This document shows, in pieces, positions 16,493 to 23,677 of a stretch of 32,000 bases of DNA (position 1 is the stretch's first letter; each line of letters starts with the position of its first letter). Under the pieces are notes generated by a model. That model saw nothing but the letters and a program-made list of their open reading frames with translations, was not told where the DNA came from and made no database searches. The translations under genes were made by a program, and so were the position numbers. The stretch covers positions 6,360,001-6,392,000 of the forward strand of contig NZ_CP074694.1 of NCBI RefSeq assembly GCF_018398935.1, written 5' to 3'. The DNA is from Telmatocola sphagniphila. GTDB lineage: Bacteria; Planctomycetota; Planctomycetia; Gemmatales; Gemmataceae.

Positions 16493-19392
16493 GGTATGAA
16501 AATGAACTCCTTGGTATTCAACACGGCGTGTGCCAGCTGGGTCCAGCTATCCAGTTCGGATTGGGCCGTACCCGCTTCGCTCAGGAAGTCCTTCGCGATT
16601 TTCAATTCATCCAAGCTGGGGAGCCGGGCGTAGGCCATCCGGTAAAGCAGTTGCAGTCGATTTTCGGGATTGGTTTCCGTTAATAGTCGTTTAGCCCAGG
16701 CGGTAGAAAGCTGATGCACGAGGGGGTTGTTCAATAGTATCAGAGCCTGGCTGGGAACATTAGAAACGCCCCGCCGTCCCATGGTGCTGAAGGGAGTGGG
16801 GTAATCGAAGGCGGCCAGCATGGGATTCATGAAGTTCCGGCGAACTTGCAGATAGATGCTCCGCCGACCATCGGCATCCAACGGCCCTGAAGCCCCCGGT
16901 CGGCCACGTCCGATCATGCTATCCGATAGATATGGGGCGACTCCGGGACCTTCCATCGTCAGGTTCAGCCTGCCCGCCATCTGGAGCATGCTATCCCGAA
17001 CGCACTCGGCCTCAAGACGTTTGAGAGGGAAGTGATGCAGCAGTCGATTTTGAGGATCCGCCGTCACAATCGCTTCCATTCGGCTGCTCTGCTTATAAGC
17101 CTCTGTGGTGACAATCTGACGAATCAGCTTCTTAATCGACCAACCCTGTTGGGAGAAATCCTCCGCCAGCCAATCCAGCAATTCCGGATGACTGGGCCGT
17201 TCGCCCTGCACTCCAAAATCATCGACCGTTCGGACAATTCCTTCACCGAAAAGATGCTGCCAGACTCGGTTGACGATGACCCGGCGAATCAGGGGATTCT
17301 CGGCACTACAAAGCCGATCCGCCAATTCCAACCGTCCGCTACCCTGATCGAAAGTCGGCTCATGCAACACTTCGAATAGGCGGTGCGGTACTTCCTCGCC
17401 CAGTTTTTTATAATTGCCGCGAATGAAGACTTTTTCGTTCTGCGGGGAGCCTTCAATCAAAGTCATGGCCTGACGTATCGGCGGAAGTTTCTTCGCCAGT
17501 TCGTCCATTCCTTTGTCCGGCTCGATTTTATTGAGCTCCGCCGACGTCCTCAGCCAGCCATTCAGGGCCTCAATAGCGACGGCGTCCCGGAAGTGTTCCG
17601 GATCTTTGGACCAAGCCTTCTGCGTTTCCGGCAGATCGACTTTGACCTTGTCGAATTGCAGCGGTTTGTCGGTAAAGCGGATATCATCGAGAACGATTTC
17701 TCCATTACCGCTATCGATCAGTTCCAGGTAGGCACTCCGGCCCTTCCACATGGAAGTGTTGATCGTGTGCCATTGCGGTTCGGCGGGCGAATGGATGCCA
17801 TATTGCAGGCCACCGTAAATGGGCTCTTGAATCAGCTGAAAATGTTCGACGATCAGGCGGGCAGTTATGTGATTTCCCTGGCTCCGAATGAAAATGTAAT
17901 CGCTATCGATGCTGAAAGTTTTGGATCGTCGTGCCCCGGGAAATCGCTTCGGCAGGTGGCCACCGGCCACGGCATCGGGTGGCAAGATTTGCCAGGCTTT
18001 GTCCAACTTTATGAGTTCACCCGAAGCAGGCGTTAGTGTAAAGGCCGGGCCTTCGCCACTATATCTCTGATTTTCGTCCGGGAGCCGATTCTGAAAAAGC
18101 TCGGAGACCAAGTTGGTTCCCGCATCTTTCGGAACACGAATCTCCACAGGTTGTTTGGGCAGATCTTTGAAGGCAGCGATTTGATTTCGCAGTTTGTCAC
18201 TCTGCCCTTTCCTGACAGCGTCTATCTGGTGCAGCACGGGAAGCACGCGAGCCGGATCGTCGATGAAGCCTTTAGCGTAGCGGGCACTTTCCAGAACACC
18301 CATTAATGAATAATAATCCCGCATGGTGATGGCATCGAATTTATGATCGTGACACTTCGCGCAGGAGAGAGTGCTCGCCAGAAAAGTTTTGCTGAAAACA
18401 TCCAGCTGATTATCGAATCGATCAGCCATATCCTGTCGGATATCGACGGGACTATGCTTGGCTTCATAAAGATGCCAGAAGGCGGTCCCCAGAATCGATT
18501 CATTCCAGTTATTTTTGACGTTAATGCGCGGCTGAGGCAAGAGATCGCCGGCGAGGTGTTCTTTGACAAACTGATCGTAAGGCAGATCCTCGTTAAATGC
18601 TCGAATTACATAATCCCGGTATCGCCAGGGTTCGAACATGTCGAAATCGAACTCATGTCCCATAGTCTCGGCGTAACGCGCCAGATCGAGCCAGTGCCGG
18701 GCCCAGCGTTCGCCGAAGCGTGGGGAGGCCAGTAACCGGTCCACCTGTCGAGTGTAGGCATTCGGGGATTTGTCATTTAAGAAGGCGTCGAGTTCCCCAA
18801 TCGTAGGCGGTAGCCCCGTGAGATCGAATGACAGCCGACGCAACAGTGTCGCCTTGTCGGCTGGGGGCGCGTAGTGCAGATTTTTCTCTTCCAGCTTGGC
18901 CAGTAAAAAACAATCGATGGGAGATTGGACGGCTTTCACGGTCGGTACCGGAGTCGACTTGATTTGCTGGAGTGACCAGTGCCCGGCCCGTTTTTGAAGA
19001 TCGAATTTTTCCACTTTGGCAGTCGTCGAAGCGGCTGCCCCGGCCGGCCATGGGGAACCCATTTTCACCCACTGATTCAGTAGTGCGATCTCTTCGTCTT
19101 TGAGTTTGGCTTTAGGCGGCATTTTGGTGTCATTCTTGTAGGAAATGACATCCAACAACATGCTCTTCTCCGGGTTTTTTACATCCAGGACGGGACCGCC
19201 TTCGCCGCCTTTGATAAGGGCTTCCTTGCTATCCAAGCGCAAGTCCGCCTTCTGCTTTTGCACACCGTGACAGCTGATGCAATTATCGAAAAGTATCGGG
19301 CGGATCTTCTTTTCAAAGAATTCCGCATCCTCGGCTCGAACGGAGCCGACCGAGAATACCAGAGCCGCGAAAAGGAAAAAAAATCGCGTCAT
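16489..19392 (-). CDS. PSCyt1 (planctomycete cytochrome c) / DUF1549 / DUF1553 (PSD1) domain protein
   Basis: 967-aa ORF with signal peptide MTRFFFLFAALVFSVGSVRA. The heme-c motif CISCH lies at 19267-19281. The DUF1549 block is IDCFLLAKLEEKNL...LLRRLSFDLTGLPPT. The DUF1553 block is CAKCHDHKFDAITMRDYYSL. Confidence 0.9.
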   Translation of the reverse strand: MTRFFFLFAALVFSVGSVRAEDAEFFEKKIRPILFDNCISCHGVQKQKADLRLDSKEALIKGGEGGPVLDVKNPEKSMLLDVISYKNDTKMPPKAKLKDEEIALLNQWVKMGSPWPAGAAASTTAKVEKFDLQKRAGHWSLQQIKSTPVPTVKAVQSPIDCFLLAKLEEKNLHYAPPADKATLLRRLSFDLTGLPPTIGELDAFLNDKSPNAYTRQVDRLLASPRFGERWARHWLDLARYAETMGHEFDFDMFEPWRYRDYVIRAFNEDLPYDQFVKEHLAGDLLPQPRINVKNNWNESILGTAFWHLYEAKHSPVDIRQDMADRFDNQLDVFSKTFLASTLSCAKCHDHKFDAITMRDYYSLMGVLESARYAKGFIDDPARVLPVLHQIDAVRKGQSDKLRNQIAAFKDLPKQPVEIRVPKDAGTNLVSELFQNRLPDENQRYSGEGPAFTLTPASGELIKLDKAWQILPPDAVAGGHLPKRFPGARRSKTFSIDSDYIFIRSQGNHITARLIVEHFQLIQEPIYGGLQYGIHSPAEPQWHTINTSMWKGRSAYLELIDSGNGEIVLDDIRFTDKPLQFDKVKVDLPETQKAWSKDPEHFRDAVAIEALNGWLRTSAELNKIEPDKGMDELAKKLPPIRQAMTLIEGSPQNEKVFIRGNYKKLGEEVPHRLFEVLHEPTFDQGSGRLELADRLCSAENPLIRRVIVNRVWQHLFGEGIVRTVDDFGVQGERPSHPELLDWLAEDFSQQGWSIKKLIRQIVTTEAYKQSSRMEAIVTADPQNRLLHHFPLKRLEAECVRDSMLQMAGRLNLTMEGPGVAPYLSDSMIGRGRPGASGPLDADGRRSIYLQVRRNFMNPMLAAFDYPTPFSTMGRRGVSNVPSQALILLNNPLVHQLSTAWAKRLLTETNPENRLQLLYRMAYARLPSLDELKIAKDFLSEAGTAQSELDSWTQLAHAVLNTKEFIFIP

Positions 19393-19443
19393 GGAATGAA
19401 GCCAAATAGGAAAATACAGGTAGGAAATCGCAAAGGATCAGTT

Positions 19444-19462
19444 ACTCGCTGAGGAAGCGAGT
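19444..19462 (-). terminator. weak stem-loop between the ferredoxin gene and the PSCyt/DUF1553 gene
   Basis: ACTCGCT / GAGGA / AGCGAGT form a 7-bp stem, with no U-tract on the minus strand. It may mark only partial termination, or none. Confidence 0.2.
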
Positions 19463-19478
19463 TAAAGACCTCTCCTAA

Positions 19479-20531
19479 TCATAACCCTAAAGCATCCAAG
19501 TCGTCCATCAATTTGTCGAGATCATCGGCCGGCTGGTTGGTCCGATTTTCCTGCCGTTTGGGAATTCCGACAGCAGTTCCGACTGCGTTTCGGCCATCGG
19601 CGACGAGTTCCCGATCGCGTTCGGCCACCGCTTGCGAGAGTGGGTCACTCACTTCGCCGCCGAATAAGCGGGTGAGGTCGATTTTCAATCCGGAAACGCT
19701 GCCCACATCAGCACCGGCGATGGCGGGGCTTTTATATTCTGGGAATATAATCGCCTGTTGCGGGCAAACTCTTGAACAGGCTGGGCATCCTTTTTTGCAA
19801 TTATCCTGATTGGCCACCAGAATCGTATCGGCCTTGTCGACATCGTAGACGCCGAAGAGACAGAAATCGAGACATTCGAGGCAGTTGGTACAACGCGAAT
19901 AATCGATCACCGGGTACCAGCGACGACCGGGTGGGGCGAGCAGTTGTTCCTTGCTGAACGGATTGGCGTTTGTCGGAGCTTCGGCCGGTTCATTCTTGAC
20001 GGGAGTCAACAATCCTAACTGAACGAAGCTCGGCTTGAATTCAGTGGTGGTTTTCTGTTCCCGGCGGGTCTTACACTCCTGATAGATCCGGCGGATTTCC
20101 TGGACGTAAGCCTCCGGTAAATTCGAATCCCGCAAATCGAGGCAATAAATGTGTCGATCCGGAACAGGTCCCTGCACGCCGATCGCTTTATTTTCTTCGG
20201 GACTATCCGTGGGCGTGTCTTCTTCGTCTTCGCGATCCTCGGCCGCTTTAAGTTGAATTTCGCCGAGATTCCCCTTGATACCAATGCGATCCAACAGCCA
20301 GAAGGCCGCCCGGGAGTAAAGCCAGGACAGCACGACCATATCACCGGCGACATTGCCCAGAAATAGCCGACCCGTATGATCGGGGGACAGATCGTACAGG
20401 TTGGGGATAATCGAAACTTCCAGGCCCGGTTCCATAATCAGCGCGGCGGCTATGCTCTCTTCGAGCGAGCGCTTGGCGGGATGTTTACCGGGGGCCTGAG
20501 AAAGAATAACGTTGAGCTTATAGCGACTCAT
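19479..20531 (-). CDS. 2x[4Fe-4S] ferredoxin-domain protein with uncharacterised N-terminal region
   Basis: 350-aa ORF. The cysteine clusters are CTNCLECLDFC (C214/217/220/224) and CKKGCPACSRVCP (C245/249/252/256), at nt 19737-19919. The N-terminal ~200 aa have no recognised family and contain an acidic linker (EDREDEEDTPTDSPEE). The C-terminal tail is acidic (DDLDKLMDDLDALGL). No signal peptide or TM. Confidence 0.8.
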   Translation of the reverse strand: MSRYKLNVILSQAPGKHPAKRSLEESIAAALIMEPGLEVSIIPNLYDLSPDHTGRLFLGNVAGDMVVLSWLYSRAAFWLLDRIGIKGNLGEIQLKAAEDREDEEDTPTDSPEENKAIGVQGPVPDRHIYCLDLRDSNLPEAYVQEIRRIYQECKTRREQKTTTEFKPSFVQLGLLTPVKNEPAEAPTNANPFSKEQLLAPPGRRWYPVIDYSRCTNCLECLDFCLFGVYDVDKADTILVANQDNCKKGCPACSRVCPQQAIIFPEYKSPAIAGADVGSVSGLKIDLTRLFGGEVSDPLSQAVAERDRELVADGRNAVGTAVGIPKRQENRTNQPADDLDKLMDDLDALGL

Positions 20532-20582
20532 AATTTCATTGTAGTTGGCCGATTACAACCTGTTAAGTGAAAACGGTAGTTC

Positions 20583-22169
20583 TCATTCCCCGTCCGGGAC
20601 CGCCCAGGGACAGGTGTTATACAACTCGCGGGCGAAGGCAACCGTGAATTTGGTCAAGGTCTTGCGGGTGGTTTCCAAGGGACCGGTGGCCGGCATGCCT
20701 ATCAGGATTCCGATTCTCGGTACTTGATCCTGTTGGGAAGTCGTCCGAAACTGTTTGAGAATCCATTCGCTGGTACTGAGCTGATTTTGTTGAGCTACCT
20801 CTTCCTCGGTCACGAAATGGTGACCGTCCTGAGTCCAATAGTGCAGCATCTGGTCCTGATTTTCGCGTCGAAACAACTGTTCGATGAGGACGATCTGCTG
20901 GCGGTCGCCAATTTTCAGATGTTCGACCGATTTCGACACCGGTTTAAAGCCGCGATTGGGCAGGCAGACCTCGGGATGATGGCCCCGTTTAACGAGGCTG
21001 CTGGCGGGCCAATACATCACCCAGACATGGACCTGATGGCCGATGGGGTTCGAATAGACCCGGCGAATGATCTGATCGGCCCCTAAAACTTGAGAAATCT
21101 CCTTGTCGACGAATTGAGCTTCTCCTTGCCACTCGCCGATCTTTAAGGGCAGGTTTGCCAGGGAGACAGTTTCGTCCTGCATCCAGATGCGCGAGTAACT
21201 CTTCCAGCCCAGATAGCCGGAGGCCGCCACGCTCGAGAGGATTATCAGAAGGCAGCTTATGCCCGAAAGAATTCGTTCCGGGGAATGCTCTGGAATAGGA
21301 ATGACAATAACCGGTTGAGTGCCGGTTCGTTTGGTCGCCAGCAGATTCGAAATCAGGATCGTGATAAACAGGGCGAGCAGAGCCATGCCATAACCGAGCA
21401 TTTCGTGATAGATGCCCGTGGTCACTACCGTACCGAAGTTTTCCTGCAGAATCCCGGTCACCACTATGCGCATCGTATTGCAGAATATCACGATCGGAAT
21501 GCTGAAGAGGAAAAGCAATACTCCTCTGCCAAAACTAAATCGGCGGTAATAAGCCACGAATGCGGCCATAGCCGGGATGGTAGTCATCGAACGAATTCCA
21601 CTGCAGGCTTCGACAATTTCCAACGGGCCGCTGGGGATGTGAATTTCAAAACCCTTGCGAACTACCTCGCAGCCCGAGAGCTTGAGGCCTTGAGTTGCCA
21701 AACCGGTGACCAACTCCTGCAGATAAGTGCGAAACGAGAAGAAAATCGCATCGGGTAACGGCAGCGAGAAAAAGATAAACAAAATCGGGAAAAATAGAAT
21801 TCGAGTTCGAGCCCAACCCCAGGTGCACAGAGCCAGCGAGAGAGTCGCCAGGCTGTAACCGAGGGTCAGCCACCAGAAGACAAAAGTGCTTTCGCTCACT
21901 TGCGAAAGGATGTACCAGGCGGGAACTATGCTGGCCATGCCGAGCAACAGGGGCAGGTAGCCAAGTAATGAAGTACCACCATCAGCCGACTTGAAACGCT
22001 CGCGATCGTGAAAAAAGATCAGCCAGCAGGAACCCAATGGTATGACGTAATGGCTGGAATAATCGGGCGAGCCGCTCCAGAGCAGGAACAGATGATAGAT
22101 CAGCCCGGCCCAGGCCAGGCCCAAAAGTACCCAAGCCGCCTGAAAGTATCGGTTTACGAAAATATTCAT
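20583..22169 (-). CDS. exosortase fused to EpsI-family periplasmic domain
   Basis: 528-aa ORF with a polytopic N-terminal ~290 aa. Exosortase catalytic motifs are intact: IVEACSGIRSM (Cys189, codon 21603-21605), CNTMRIV (Arg234), GIYHEMLGY (His255). An extra TM follows (ILSGISCLLIILSSVAASGYL), then EpsI-type motifs PLKIGEWQGE, IIRRVYSN, VMYW, HHPEVCLPNRGF. Confidence 0.9.
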   Translation of the reverse strand: MNIFVNRYFQAAWVLLGLAWAGLIYHLFLLWSGSPDYSSHYVIPLGSCWLIFFHDRERFKSADGGTSLLGYLPLLLGMASIVPAWYILSQVSESTFVFWWLTLGYSLATLSLALCTWGWARTRILFFPILFIFFSLPLPDAIFFSFRTYLQELVTGLATQGLKLSGCEVVRKGFEIHIPSGPLEIVEACSGIRSMTTIPAMAAFVAYYRRFSFGRGVLLFLFSIPIVIFCNTMRIVVTGILQENFGTVVTTGIYHEMLGYGMALLALFITILISNLLATKRTGTQPVIVIPIPEHSPERILSGISCLLIILSSVAASGYLGWKSYSRIWMQDETVSLANLPLKIGEWQGEAQFVDKEISQVLGADQIIRRVYSNPIGHQVHVWVMYWPASSLVKRGHHPEVCLPNRGFKPVSKSVEHLKIGDRQQIVLIEQLFRRENQDQMLHYWTQDGHHFVTEEEVAQQNQLSTSEWILKQFRTTSQQDQVPRIGILIGMPATGPLETTRKTLTKFTVAFARELYNTCPWAVPDGE

Positions 22170-22228
22170 GACGTCTTGGAAAGGGGATAGTTGCTCGAGC
22201 CGCCCGCGGAACGGTCGAGCGGAACCAA

Positions 22229-23677
22229 CTACTTCTTCTTTTCGCCTTCCGGCTCTTTCTTCGAATCCTTCGGTTCTTCCTTCTTGGGATAGCGGGAATT
22301 CAAATCGGTTAGCATGCGCACCGCGTCGGCCCGATGGATAAACGCCGATTCGGCGGCGATGGCCCCTTCGAGGTATTTCCGAATTTCATCCGAGAACTTC
22401 TTTTCATCCTTCTTTTTCAGGACCGACGCAATGAAGTAAGCGGTGTCGGGGGCTACTTGTTTATTCGACAGAGTAATACTGGTATTCAAAGCCTGCTCGG
22501 CATCCGATTCTTTACCGACCTTCAGCAATACCCAGCCCAGCGTGGACCAGGCTTCCGGATTGCGCGACAGGCGATCTTTGTTCACTCCGGCGATTTGAAG
22601 TGCACGCTGCTGCTGGGAGGGGGAACTGGTCTGCTCCGCCAGAACCTGAGCCAACTGGTTCGAAGCGAAAAAGTTCGCCGGTTGCGATCTCATCAGGTCT
22701 TCGAAAATTTTCTCGGCTTCATCGAGCCGATTTTCGTATCGAGCGAGTAATCCCAAAAGAGATTGCGTTTCCGGGGCCATCGGATCGAGCGTTTTCGCTT
22801 GATTAATCGAGATTTTCGCGGCGGCGAGATTACCGGTATCCAGAAGCCAGCCCCCATAGGCCTGATGAACGCGAGCCAGCTTGGGATTTTTCGTGATCGC
22901 TTTCTGGAACCACTCCTCGGCCTTGGCCTTATTCGGTTTATTCGCCCACAGCAAGCCCATGGCGACTTCCGGGGGATCGAGAGTGGGGTCTTCGGCCTTG
23001 GCCTGGGTCAGTTCGACGAAGGCTTCATCCGCTTTATTCAGATTGAAATAAACTTTGGCCAGTCGCTGCATCAGCGGGGCTGATTTGGGGTCGAGAATTT
23101 TCCAGGCCAGATAATGAGTTTTGGCCGATTCCCAGTCTCCTCGATCATCGAATGCCGTCGCCAAGCCTGCATTGGCTTCCTTTTCAAAGATCTTTTTCTG
23201 GTCCGAGCTCCATTTGTCCGACTTCGCGAGTGTGAGAGCTGTCTGGCAAGCCAGAATGGTTTCGGTAAATCGGAATTCCGAAAGAGCGATGCTGGCGATT
23301 TCCAGGTAGCATTCGGGATGGTTGGGATTTTCTATGACCGCCCGTTCCAGGTTGGTTCGCGCCATCTGAAAAACTTGCAAGCGGGCATTCTGATCGATTT
23401 GATTACTGCGAAGAACCGTGAGGAAAAATCGCGCCAGATTCAATCGCGCCGGTGCGATTTTCGGATCTTTCTTCTCGGCATCTTGCAGGAACTTCAGGCA
23501 TTCATCGAACTGACCTTTGTTGAAGGCTTTCTCCGCCTTGTCGACATCTTCGTTTTTCTTCTCCGCAGTTTTAGTATCCCCCTGAGCGTACAACTGCTGA
23601 TTCGGGGTGGCGAACCCCGCGAGGGTGATCGTACCCAGAAGAGCCACTCCGACTCGGGAGAGAATAAACGAGCGCAT
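22229..23677 (-). CDS. secreted TPR-repeat protein with Lys/Glu-rich C-terminal tail
   Basis: 482-aa ORF with signal peptide MRSFILSRVGVALLGTITLAGFA. TPR-like helical repeats run throughout (for example AEKAFNKGQFDECLKFLQDAEKKDP and WESAKTHYLAWKILDPKS). The tail is YPKKEEPKDSKKEPEGEKKK. The ATG (23675-23677) directly abuts the upstream TAG. Confidence 0.85.
   Translation of the reverse strand: MRSFILSRVGVALLGTITLAGFATPNQQLYAQGDTKTAEKKNEDVDKAEKAFNKGQFDECLKFLQDAEKKDPKIAPARLNLARFFLTVLRSNQIDQNARLQVFQMARTNLERAVIENPNHPECYLEIASIALSEFRFTETILACQTALTLAKSDKWSSDQKKIFEKEANAGLATAFDDRGDWESAKTHYLAWKILDPKSAPLMQRLAKVYFNLNKADEAFVELTQAKAEDPTLDPPEVAMGLLWANKPNKAKAEEWFQKAITKNPKLARVHQAYGGWLLDTGNLAAAKISINQAKTLDPMAPETQSLLGLLARYENRLDEAEKIFEDLMRSQPANFFASNQLAQVLAEQTSSPSQQQRALQIAGVNKDRLSRNPEAWSTLGWVLLKVGKESDAEQALNTSITLSNKQVAPDTAYFIASVLKKKDEKKFSDEIRKYLEGAIAAESAFIHRADAVRMLTDLNSRYPKKEEPKDSKKEPEGEKKK

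Noticed and set aside
17383-18036. 217-aa antisense ORF inside the PSCyt/DUF1553 gene, with similar antisense ORFs at 13927..14418, 29120..29686, 29832..30416, 30782..31345 and 12781..13281
   Set aside because: All lie fully inside better-supported genes on the opposite strand, lack recognisable motifs, and have the skewed composition expected of antisense frames.
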